Assembly: GCF_002113885.1 (NCBI RefSeq)
Contig: NW_018408321.1
Span: 212,471 to 276,470, forward strand
Length of the DNA stretch: 64,000 bases
From: Mizuhopecten yessoensis
Taxonomy: Eukaryota
Direction of reading: 5' to 3'
Shown: positions 53,201-64,000 of the stretch, piece by piece
Position numbering within the stretch: position 1 is the first letter of the stretch
Layout: every line of letters begins with the position of its first letter
Program-made: the position numbers and the translations under genes
The notes under the pieces: model-generated
What the model saw: the letters and a program-made list of their open reading frames with translations, nothing else
Told to the model about the DNA's origin: nothing
The model's database searches: none

Positions 53201-56200
53201 TGTTTGGGAAAGCCCTGTTAAAAATAGCGCTAATAACGTCACCTAACGGTTTTGAAACGAGGCAGGAAACATATTTCCAGAAGTTTTTTTCAAAGTAAAT
53301 TTGTTACGAGATGAAATAACATCTTGTGTGAGACTACTCCAGATATCAATTATTCCTTTAGTAAAGTAATGGTTTTTAGTTTTGCACCTCACTAAATTTG
53401 GATCGCTTTGACGCTTGAATCGCAAGGAAAGTGAATCATTTTGATGATGCAGCTGTAAACCAAGAGAGAGGTCTATTCAAACGAATTGATTCATTTAAAA
53501 GCAGACCAAAACAATACGGAATTGGGATTTTTTTTTGAGGAGCGGTAAAAAAAGTTTTTTTTTTTCGAGACTTCAGTTTTTAAGAGTGGTAATTCCCGAA
53601 GAACTATTTTTCAAATTGGTGGGGCCTTAATCATGAAATTTTAAGTCACCTGAGCTGAAGAGTTTGTCTCGGCTATTGCCATCCATCTTCATTAATTGTC
53701 ATGTACTGTCTGTAAAAATGTCACATTTTTAACTTAGAGTCACTATATTTCACCTATAGGTTACTTGGGGTGGATCGCTACCAAGTTTGTTCAAATTAAT
53801 GATCTTGAACCACTTCAAGATCACAAAGTATGAAATAAGGTAATAATTCAATTGACTTCTTCTAAAGATCCCTTATGCCTAGAGTAACAATGTTTGGGCT
53901 GTACGTAACTTGCTAGTGTTTGTAAGATTAACCAAATTATTTTGACCCGAGTGTCTTAATAACCATAATGCAAAGAGTAATGCTATTCATCCTATAGTTC
54001 TTTTGGATAAAGGACTATCAAACTTGTTCGAATAAAGGAACTAGACCAATGTGTCATCCAGTTTATCTAGTCATTTATGCCTTGTTTACTATTAAAGATA
54101 TGGAAATAAGCAAAACATCTTAACAGTATTTAATCTGAAATTACACATAAATTAGGGCATATGATATTGTTGTGGAACTGGACTGGGTTTGGATTAATCA
54201 ACTGAGGCGACCAATCGTAAATTGTTTCATGGACTGGATGAATGCTTGGCGAGGGGATACCCGAACCTTGGCTGTAAATAGTGATTTACAGTAAAGATAA
54301 AGATTTAGATTAGGGAGGGAGGAATTTAGTGGAACTGGACTGGGTTGATCTTCGCTGACTAGGTTCTCAGTTGGTAGAGTATTTGTCTAGAGTTCAGAGG
54401 TTCCGGGTTCAAATCCTGGTCTCGCCATGCTTTTTCCGCTCCTAGTACAATATCATTAAAAACATGTAATATTATCCGATTATGATAACCCGGTAATATG
54501 GGGTTTTATCTGCAACACATCTTTCTAGAAACAAAAACGAAATCTAGATACACTGTTTTATACATTGGCATTGTGTTTGACAGTTTCTTCCCCTGGTAAC
54601 GTGGAGAATGTGTCGTTGTGTGTGGAGTATGGGGGGGTGAACTCCTCCATGCTGATTCGCCTCCAGTGGGATGCTCCTACATATCTTGGCAGTATGGGAG
54701 TAATAGAAAGCTACATTATCAGGTGGGGCCCAGTTGTACTTCAGAACTTTCCCGAGCCTCCAATCTTCACCGACCAGGTCCCTAGGAGTGTCAGCGTTAA
54801 AGCTGTAAGTCTTCACTTGTACCATTGTTATATCTGGTTATATAAATATGTATGATGAAAGGTGCAATACCATTAAGCACCAGTGAGTAATGATGTTTCA
54901 TCTGTCTGAGTGGTCCTCATACCATGTACGGTCAAACCTGTCTTACTAACCACCTGGCTATAATGAATATAGGAATACCCTGTCTACTCAGACCATTTAT
55001 AAGAGGTTTCACAGCACTTTAATTATACAGACAACAGATTGCTTTTATAGATGAAACTGTGTTTATTATTGACAAGGATTTTCAGAGAACACGGTAAGTG
55101 TACCAGTTCATGAATAGACATAAATGGGTTTTTAAATGTTGGCACCATATTTCATATCCGCAGATAAATATTGTCAGGCGCCTTCTGATTGGCCAGTTTG
55201 ACAACGAATTAAAAAAATTCTCGATGGGAAATAAGACAGATACCCACAGACTCAGATGGAAGTTAGGAAAATCTGATCATCAGTTGTATCATAAATAATT
55301 GCTTAATTTCTGGAAATTTGTCAACACTAGAATATATAATATGCTAAAGTTGCTTTAGTAGGTCTAATGTGCTTATTTTGCTTTTGTTATTTGTTATATT
55401 GAATTAATATGCTTCATATTGGGTCTGCATTAAGGATCCATGTACCACTGCCAAAAATTGTTACGATGCACCGGAAGCTTATTTCCTGGCTTGACCTTAG
55501 CTTAACTTTGTTTAGAAGAAATCCATACCTTACAGAACTTTTATGAAACACAATAAAGGACAAAAATTAAACAAACAAAAAAGAATGTAAACAGTGTTCT
55601 GAGTTAATAATGCAAAGAGCCTGCCAGACCAGGAATCAAACCCTGGACCTCCTATAATTTGATGTTTTTACTGTTTCTCTAATCTATCAATCTGTCAACG
55701 CTAATACCCTGACCCAGCCGTACCATAGGTATATCCAAACTAAAATTAAGGGGAGATAACCATACAAAAAACAAGGGTGGAATTATCTAGTGATTTGCCT
55801 GCAGTTGGACAGGGATCCTTAATTAAAATTTCACTTGGTATCTCAAAGTTAAAACTATCACCTATAGAAAATGAACATGTTCTGTAAATCCTCTAGGACA
55901 TTCGTGAGGTGGATGTACCTGTCGGCTATGATGATATGTCTGCACTGTATGGATTCCAGGTAAGACCTGTTATCTTATGTCAATCTCTGGTAAAGCATGT
56001 TCATAGACAAATCGAGGGTTCATTGCCAGAAGGTGCTATCTGGATTTTTTCACTTTTCGAGATAATTGAGATTTAAGGTTTTGAATATCTATATTTCAAT
56101 CATGCTTTACATGAGGGATTTATTATTTGGTAATATTAATGGCCTATATAAGTACTTTTTACTGTACAGTACTTTAGGCCATATCTGTCTTTAAAAGTGC

Positions 56201-59200
56201 CATATTTGGTCAGAATGCTCGATAGCTCCTTTTGGCCGGCAGAATTTACCTCAATAATAACGAGCAAAAAGGTANGGCATCCATCAAGAATGATTGATTT
56301 GTATGATATCAGTGATATTGCATGAACATTGTCAAAATCTGCTGTGCATTCCCATATTTTCTGAAATCAGGAAAATCTAGTAGTACATTGTATTGTCAAT
56401 AACAACAGAAGTGTAATTAAAAAAATTAAAAAAATTCACAGAATGCATTTTTAGATCACAAAGTTCAAGTGACCTATTCTGATCGCTTTCTGTCCGTCGT
56501 CGTCCGTCGTGTGTACACTTTTTACATTTTCGACTTCTTCTCGAGAACCAGTGGATGGAATATTTGGTAGATGAGGCTACAAACTTGTAAAATTGGGATT
56601 CCTACCCCAACCACTGGGCCCAGGGCGGGGCCCCAAAGGGAAAATTAACCAATTTTTCAAAAATCTTCTCCAGACTCCGAGGTACTGCAGTCAATTGCAT
56701 GGATGGAAAGATTATTGAGGGCTATATTTAAATTGTAAATTTCAAGACCCCCGGGCCATCTGTTCTCCCTTGGGGAGGGGGTAACATTTACTATAGTTTA
56801 TATAGAAAAATTACACTTTTGGGTATATTTTATCCATTTCAGCAGAAAATTATTCCTACCCCATCCCAACGGGCTAGGGCTTAGGCCCCAAATAAGACTT
56901 TACCAATATTTTTAATATTCTTATCCTTTGATGACATGACAAGTATTGTATTTCACTTAGTTTACATTTACATGTTGATTTCAACATCACATCTCAACAA
57001 TGAAATTGAGCCACCAGTACCTTTCATATAACTCAGGTGATCACTTAGGCCCTTGGGCCTCTTGTTTAACTTTAGAATAACTCTTGCTGACATATTTTAC
57101 CATTGCAATACTTTGTTGTAGGTCGTGCCCATCGCACCCCAGCAGCGTATCAGGGACAATGGATGGGGATTGTTTCAGGTCTATACAGTACAAATCAGCT
57201 CCGACAGTAACATCTCACCCTCAGGTATATTACACTACTGCTATAACCAGTATATATATATATCTCCCACCCTCCGGTATATTACTCTACTGCTATTACC
57301 AGTATATATATATCTCCCACCCTCAGGTATATTACACTACTGCTATTAACAGTGTATATATATATATATATATATCCCACCCTCAGATACTCCTAGCTAC
57401 TCTCAGTATATACCTCCCACCCTCAAGTACTGCTGGCTAGTCTCAGTATATACCTCCCACCCTCAGGTACTGTTGGCTACTCAGTTGATACATCTCACCC
57501 TCAGGTATCATTCTACTGCTATTACCAGTATATATATATATATATATCCCACCCTCAGATACTCATAGCTACTCTCAGTATATACCTCCCACCCTCAAGT
57601 ATTGCTGGCTGCTCTCAGTATATACCTCTCACCCTCAGGTACCACTCTGCTGCTGGCTACTCTCAGTATATACCTCTCACCCTCAGGTACCACTCTACTG
57701 CTGGTTATTCTCAGTATATATCTCCCACCCATATGAACAGCTGGCTACTCTCAATATATACCTCTCACCCTCAGGTACCACTCTGCTGCTGGCTACTCTC
57801 ATTATTTACCTCTCACCCTCAGGTACCACTCTACTGCCTTGCTACTCTCAGTATATATCTCCCACCCACATGAACTGCTGGCTACTCTCAGTATATACCT
57901 CTAACTCTCATGTACCACTCTGCTGCTGGCTTCTCTCATTATATACCTCTCACCCTCAGGTACCACTCTACTGCCTTGCTACTCTCAGTATATACCTCTC
58001 CCCCTCAGGTACCACTCTACTGCCTTGCTAGTCTCAGTATATACCTCTAACCCTCATGTACCTCTCTGCTGCTGGCTTCTCTCATTATATTCCTCTCACC
58101 CTCAGGTAACACTCTGCTGCTGGCTACTCTCATTATTTACCTCTCCCCCTCAGGTACCCCTCTACTGTCTTGCTACTCTCAGTATATTCCTCTAACCCTC
58201 ATGTTCCACTCTGCTGCTGGCTTCTCTCATTATTTACCTCTCACCCGCAGTTACCACTCTACTGCCTTGCTACTCTCAGTATATACCTCTCACCCACAAA
58301 TACTGCTGGCTACTCTCAGTATATACATTTCACCTTCATGTACCACTTGTTGCTGGCTACTCTCAGTATATATCTCCAATCCCCAGGTATCACTCTGCTG
58401 CTGGCTGCTCTCAGTATATACTCCCACCCTCAGGTACCACTCTACTGCCTTGCTACTCTCAGTATATACCTATCACCTTCATGTACCACTTGTTGCTGGC
58501 TACTCCCAGAATATATCTCCAATCCCCAGGGATCACTCTGCTGCTGGGTGCTCTCAGTATATACCTCCCACCCTCAGGTACCACTCTACTGCCTTGATAC
58601 TCTCAGTATATATCTCCCACCCACAAGTACTGCTGGCTACTCTCAGTATATATCTCCAACCATTACATGAAGGTACTGCTGCCTTCTCTCAATATATCTG
58701 TCTCCCTCAGGTATCACTCTGCTGATAGCTTCTTTCAGTATTTACCTCTCAGCCTCAGGTACCACTCTGCTGATTGCTTCTCTTAGTATATGCCTATTTT
58801 AAAGATGAGCACACAAAATACTCAGTGCCAAATGTCCTTGTATGATAGTTTTCATCCATCATTTACTTTTCTTAGGCTTAGTGTAATATGATTAGGCCAG
58901 ATCTTTAGATTCTTGTTGTAAAATGCTATCGAGTTTTTTCAAACAAATGGTTTTGACTCTTTCTCAAGCTTACATTGTTTAAATGGACTCTCAGACGGTT
59001 TTAACTGTGTGTTGTATTCTGTACAGGGACAGTCCTCTTGGATGAAGCAGGGGTCAGAGTGGTTCAGATCCCCAATGCCCTCAGTGTAGACATGATGTGG
59101 CAGCCGCGCACCATGCTGCAGTCGCCATCATCGAGTAGCGCTTGTAGGGAACACTACTCAATACAGCTGGGGCGTATCATACGGGACGAGGAGTCACGCG

Positions 59201-62200
59201 CACACCTCACTGATACAACCGTCCAGTATGTAGAGGGGGTAAGTACACTCACATCTTACTCAAAGGGACTTTATTGTATACCCATCTATTTGTTAACTAT
59301 AGTGTACAACTTAGGTCTATTTGTTTTTTTGATAAATATACATTAATATGTATCATAATTAGACAGTGTGAAACATATCAACTTTTAGACGGTGCGTCAC
59401 AAACTAAGTTTTAGAAGTGTGTGACGTACTATCTTTTAGATGGTGTGTGACGTACTAAATTTTAGATGGTGTGTAGCATACCTTTAAGACTGTCTTTTGA
59501 AGGTCTCTTTAGAGGTCACAGATTGAAGATCAATTGACTTTTCTCAATTTTACCGATGATTATATTTAAAATGTTAAGAAACATTTGCATTGACTTTCAG
59601 AGTAAGACAAGAAAAAAATGGCGGGAACTTGGACATATGTAGAGCCCATGGTCAGTGTGTCACAACAGTTGTTTGTGGAGGCAAATTTTATCTAAAGTTA
59701 AATACACAGTCTTTATTTCCCTGTACACTCTTGGTAATGGGTATTTTGGAAATAAATGTTTTGTTTGACTCTAATTAGCCGTTTTGTTCTGGCTTTCTAG
59801 TTTCACTTACAAGCTGCCTGTTGTGACACACTGATGCAGGACTTGGGGAGTGGGGGTAGTGTTATATAATCTTGGTGAAATGTTTATTTGATGAGTAGAA
59901 ATGTGCTATATTACTGGCAGCTTGTAAAGTGTTACACCATATTTACATTATTATTAAAGGATTTGACACAATTATGTACATTACTGTGTACACAATATCC
60001 TAAAAAAGGACCTTGTATTACTGAACACAACATCCTCAACAAAGACCATGTATTACTGAACACACAACATCCTCAACAAAGACCATGTATTACTGAACAC
60101 AACATCCTCAACAAAGACCTTGTATTACTGAACACACAACTTCCTCAACAAAGACCATGTATTACTGAACACACAACATCCTCAACAAAGGCCATGTATT
60201 ACTGAACACACAACATCCTCAAAAAAGACCATGTATTACAGAACACAACATCCTCAACAAAGACCATGTTTTACTGAACACACAACATCCTCAACAAAGG
60301 CCATGTATTACTGAACACACAACATCCTCAAAAAAGACCATGTATTACTGAACACAACATCCTCAACAAAGCCCATGTATTACTGAACACACAACATCCT
60401 CAAAAAAGACAATGTATTACTGAATACAACATCCTCAACAAAGACCATGTATTACTGTACCCAACATCCTCAACAAAGACCATGTATTACTGAACACACA
60501 ACATCCTCAAAAAAGACAATGTATTACTGAACACAACATCCTCAACAAAGACCATGTATTACTGAACACACAACATCCTCAACAAAGACCATGTATTACT
60601 GAACACACAGCATCCTCAACAAATACCATTTTTGTCTCGCCTCAACGAAGTAGCTGTGTTGCTTTTCCGACAACAGCGTCAACATTAAGTTTTTGCGTTT
60701 AAGTTAGTTTCTCTGAAACTATAAGTGATAGACCTACCAAAACAAGACCATAGTTGCATCTTAGGTAGTATATTTGCATGCATAAAAGGCTGGATGCCGC
60801 CTACATTTCATGGTCCATTGACTTTGTCAGCATCTCCATCAACATTAAGTTTTTTGCGTTGAAGTTAGTTTCTCTGATAAGTGCATTGATGGTCAAAGCG
60901 GGGCACAGGCGAGACATATCAATCCAAATGGCTTGTTTATATAACTGAACACACGTCATCCTCAACAATTACCGTGTGTTAATGAATAGAAAACATCTTC
61001 TACAATTAATCTGTATTGCTGTAAACACAACATCCTCAACAATGACTGTTTAAATGAACTGAAAACATCCTCAACAATGACCAATTAAGGTAAATGCTTA
61101 GTGAAAGTCCTACATCTCACTAAACACAATGTTGTTCCTGGGGCCATGCTCCTCAACTTACTTCCATCATGACTTTTCAGAGGAAGAAGAATTAGTTTAG
61201 GGGGGAAAAAACATTTTAACTGTGAAAAATAAAAAATGAAACATTTCCTTACCTAATAACAATGGAACAACCAAATTACTATTGTTTTGCTTAATCAGGC
61301 ACATTAATTCTACAGGTGCTTTAATCTATTGGTACCTCTCCCTAGAAAAATCTTGGACTTGAGCAAGGCTACTACCAGTACAACTAGCTGTAGCCTTGTT
61401 TATATCATGTGTTTTGCATAGATATTGGGTGAACAAATAATTAAAGCATGTATCTCATATTTCCCAATGTGGATTGAAAGCTAATGAAAAATAAGTTATC
61501 ATGACAGTTAGGTGAATCAAAGTACGAGTTCCTCAATAAATACAGTTCATGAGGATAGATCTGGAAAAGGCTTCAGTGTAAGCAGCAGTCCTTTTGAATA
61601 GAACAAAAGGTTAGATTCAATGAGCATTACTCTGACACAAGAATGTGTGCACAGAAGACCAATAGTCTTTTTTTCTTAGCGATTGAAGAAGTTGAACAAA
61701 TACATTCTATTGGATGCAATGGTTATATCATTCTCAGCATGACCTGGTGTTAGACCTCCAGTATGTGGGAGCAGAGTACGGATTTAGGGTAAGGTCTTTA
61801 CATCTCTTATTATGAAAAAAATCATTTACTGTTCTAGTTCAATACCATAACAGCTTCTGCTGTTTGCTGTTTTATCCACATTACCTTATTTGTCATCTCG
61901 TGCATAATCATAGCCTCTTTGTCAACTTAATATGTATATTCATAGCTCCTTCGTCACCTTATGTATATTCATAGCCCCTTTGCCACCTTTAGAATACTCA
62001 ACAGTGGAAACATTTTGCTGTGTAGAAATCCTCACATTTTAACATTGAGCAAAATAGCACGAAAATATCCACAAATATTTGTGTATGAATGTAAAGAATA
62101 GATAGATTTCAGAACCATGCATTGTCAAGGCAAACATTTCCTCACTGCGATCAGTTTAAAAAAGTCACAACATGAACATTTTCACAGAAGTGAAGTGTAA

Positions 62201-62791
62201 ATTGTTTATCAGAAGACCTTTCATGAAAGATCATTGGTTATGATAAGAATATTCAATTTTGGTAAATTTATTTGAAATATGTGTAAACAATGACATGAAA
62301 TGTCTTGGTATCCATCTTACATGTGATTAAAATACTTTTTACAACAAAGGGGTCCTTGCTTCTCAACCAAGTGGTTTCTTTCCCAGATTGTATGGGTTTT
62401 GCGATGTAAACAGGGCTCTAGCTGACTCAGGTCCACTTGAGACTTTAAACAGTTTTTATATATACATTGTACTTAACAATTTTAGTTTTAATTAACTTAA
62501 CAGTAATCTGTTAATCTGCTTTGTAACTATTGTAACTATAGCATTTTAGTTGTGTGTTAACAACAAAAAGCAAAATGCAATTATAACGAAATAACTTTTC
62601 AAATAAGAATCACAGTATAGCTACAATTAAAGACATTTTTTATGTCTTTTTGTATATGAAGTATAGATACTAAGATGGCTTTTTTTAGATACGAAGTGTT
62701 GATGTGAATGAAACTGTGTCTGATGAAGTCTGGAATAAAACTGCCCTTCACATTTTTACGTTGGTGGGAGACCACTCCAGTACAGATACAG
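41286..62791 (+). CDS. Secreted or cell-surface protein: signal peptide, Cys-rich N-terminal domain, about 4 fibronectin type-III domains (anosmin/torso/ROS-like ectodomain); 3' end beyond the right edge
   Basis: 16 phase-compatible GT-AG exons: 41286-41423, 44595-44651, 45130-45181, 46116-46276, 47147(47141)-47264, 48181-48288, 49263-49375, 50184-50255, 50956-51019, 51253-51294, 54584-54804, 55897-55959, 57122-57224, 59027-59238, 61738-61788, 62689-62791 (about 559 aa). There is an in-frame TAA upstream of the ATG. MGIAVLVFVLTVW is a likely signal peptide. FN3 motifs: VKLSWQP..YAVQYK, HFRVIAINRHGSRGFS, YQGQVRAVTKCGLQGPW, PGNVENV..IRLQWDAP..YIIRWG, YGFQV, YGFRIRSV. Confidence 0.8.
43160..44035 (+). 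mobile_element. Decayed HINE-like element or array of internal repeats (about 150-160 bp)
   Basis: About 5 diverged copies of ...TATTTCACC...CAAGTACATCTT...TAGGTCACTGTGACCTA.AGTTTGACCTTT. Confidence 0.65.
46283..46523. repeat. 24-bp tandem array, about 10 copies, starting 7 nt into the intron
   Basis: TGGCACATTTTGGGATGTATTTAG. Confidence 0.9.
46841..47016. mobile_element. Palindromic MITE (about 175-bp hairpin)
   Basis: TATTGCAGAGTTATCTGCTCTAGTGAGCAGGTATTGATTGTTA ... TAACAATCAATACCTGCTCACAAGAGCAGATAACTCTGCAATA are near-perfect inverted arms. Confidence 0.9.
48262..48665 (+). repeat. 55-bp tandem array derived from the exon end plus donor at 48288/48289
   Basis: Unit GAAGTCATACTGAAGGATGACCTTCCTTGTAGGAGGTCAAGGTCTTGTTCAACTT aligns with the junction GCAGTCATACAATGGGATCGCCTACCTG|GTAAGAGGTTAAGGTCTT. 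Confidence 0.8.
50455..50655. repeat. About 70-bp tandem repeat, 3 copies
   Basis: ATATCCATGATCAGGGCCTAGGTTGACAGTGCCTTACAGTGACAGCGTACAGGG. Confidence 0.85.
51400..51828. repeat. 42-bp tandem array, about 10 copies
   Basis: AAAATAAAGGCTACATGTTTAACACATACATTGTTTGTGTAT. Confidence 0.95.
53150..53430 (-). mobile_element. LINE (CR1-like) ORF2 C-terminal remnant
   Basis: ORF 53243..53425 contains HYFTKGIIDIWSSLTQDVISSRNKFTLKK, a degenerate F..R....WNSLP..V motif. Confidence 0.55.
54328..54440 (+). mobile_element. tRNA-derived SINE-head module
   Basis: A-box-like TTCTCAGTTGGTAGAG and B-box GGTTCAAATCC; no intact cloverleaf. Confidence 0.6.
56449..57068 (+). mobile_element. Near-complete HINE/Helentron-associated (pearl-like) non-autonomous element
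   Basis: 5' TTTTAGATCAC...AAGTGACCTATTCTGATCGC, (CGT/CGTC)n microsatellite, internal repeats, and 3' CAGGTGATCACTTAGGCCCTTGGGCCTCTTGTTT hairpin end. Confidence 0.75.
57205..58795 (+). repeat. Complex tandem array (about 40-50-bp units) amplifying the exon end and donor CTCACCCTCAG|GTA
   Basis: Recurrent TATACCTCTCACCCTCAGGTACCACTCTGCTGCTGGCTACTCTCAG; the first copy is the real junction at 57224/57225. Confidence 0.9.
60005..61085. repeat. 35/37-bp tandem array interrupted by a short inserted element (about 60628-60938)
   Basis: GTATTACTGAACAC(AC)AACATCCTCAACAAAGACCAT, about 17 copies. Then TTTTTGTCTCGCCT...CAGGCGAGACA (short inverted termini), after which degenerate copies resume. Confidence 0.85.
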
Positions 62792-63119
62792 GTAGGTGGA
62801 TTATATGTACTATATAATGTATATATAATTTCTAACATTTAGTAGCATGTCAATTTGTTAGCTTACCTAAATTTATTTCCTGTTTATAAGAACGCATCAA
62901 GGAAATGCACATTTTTAAAGAAACTGTGCTTTATGTATTTAAGCCTTTAACAAAATTATCTTATTCACAGTACGAGATCTGCATGAGGATATCATTGATG
63001 GAAATAGTAATAGTATTCTATAAATAAACTCCTATATGACCATTACCCTACCTGATTGGCATTGATAATCAAATCTCAACTGCATAGAAAGAATAAGTAA
63101 CATTTACTAATGATAGATA

Positions 63120-64000
63120 TTTTTAGCTCACCTGGCCCGAAGGGCCAAGTGAGCTTATGGCATGGTGCGTCGTCCGGCTTCCATCTTTCGGCGTCCGGCT
63201 TCCGGCATCAATATTTTAATTTAAACAACTTCTTCTCAATAACCAAAAGGACCAGGGTACTGATATTGGGCCTGTAGCATGCTGGGATGAAGGGCTACCA
63301 AGTTTGTTCAAATGAATGACCTTGACCCACTTTCAAGGTCACAGGGGTCAAATGTCTTAAAATCTTCAAACAACTTCTTCTCAATAACCGCAAGGTTCAG
63401 GGTACTGATATTGGGCCTGTAGCATGCTGGGATGAAGGGCTACCAAGTTTGTTCAAATGAATGACCTTTACCCACTTTCAAGGTTACAGGGGTCAAATGT
63501 CATAAAATCTTCAAACAATTTCTTCTCACTAACCGAAAAGCCCAGGGAACTGAAATTATACCTTTAGCATGCTGGGATGAAGGACTACAAAGTTTGTCCA
63601 AATGAAAAACCTTGACCAATTTTCAAGGTCACAGGGATCAAATATGTTTAAATCTTCGAATGACTTCTATTCAATAACCAAAAGGCCCAGGGTATTGATA
63701 TAAGGCATGTAGCATGCTGGGATGAAGGGCTACCAAGTTTGTTCAAATTAATGACCTTGACCCACTTTCAAGGTGACAGGGGTCAAATGTCTTAAAATCT
63801 TCAAACAATTTCTTCTCACTAACCGAAAAGCCCAGGGTACTGAAATTAAACCTTTAGCATGCTGGGATGAAGGACTATAATGTTTTTCCAAATGAATGAC
63901 CTTGACCCATTTTCAAGGTCACAGGGATCAAATATGTTTAAATCTTCATACGACTTCTTCTCAATAACCAAAAGGCCCAGGGTACTGATATTGGACCTGT
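63120..64000 (+). mobile_element. HINE/Helentron-associated element with 145-bp internal tandem repeats, truncated by the window end
   Basis: Start TTTTAGCTCACCTGGCCCGAAGGGCCAAGTGAGCT, CGTCCGG microsatellite-like tract, then at least 5 units with period 145 (63229, 63374, 63519 and onward). Confidence 0.85.

Noticed and set aside
54350-54430. Possible tRNA gene
   Set aside because: A and B boxes are present but the stems are degenerate, and related decayed copies occur elsewhere in the window; treated as SINE-like.
56275-56275. Single N base
   Set aside because: Assembly ambiguity, not biological.
58170-58725. 166-aa and 174-aa ORFs
   Set aside because: Translations of the intronic splice-site repeat array.
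62387-62430. Candidate FN3-gene exon after TTTCCCAG
   Set aside because: In-frame TGA in the required phase; 62689-62791 fits phase, size and FN3 motif instead.

Overview
AT-rich animal genomic DNA, not prokaryotic; the repeat families suggest a bivalve mollusc (inference). Four spliced protein-coding genes were rebuilt by hand from GT-AG junctions and exon phases. (1) DPH6, diphthine-ammonia ligase (- strand, runs off the left edge), in a long form extending into a RidA/YjgF-like domain. (2) GOLGA5, golgin-84 (+ strand, complete, about 764 aa), head-to-head with DPH6. (3) NAPA, alpha-SNAP (- strand, complete, 291 aa), convergent with GOLGA5. (4) A signal-peptide, Cys-rich, 4x FN3 secreted or receptor protein (+ strand, runs off the right edge), head-to-head with NAPA. 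A complete U6atac minor-spliceosome snRNA gene with TATA box and T5 terminator lies antisense in GOLGA5 intron 7. The rest is LINE and SINE remnants, MITEs, HINE-like elements and many minisatellites. Two patterns stand out. Several tandem arrays are seeded on exon-intron junctions and multiply splice sites. A 33-bp array keeps a roughly 745-codon minus-strand frame with frame-preserving indels and many synonymous variants.
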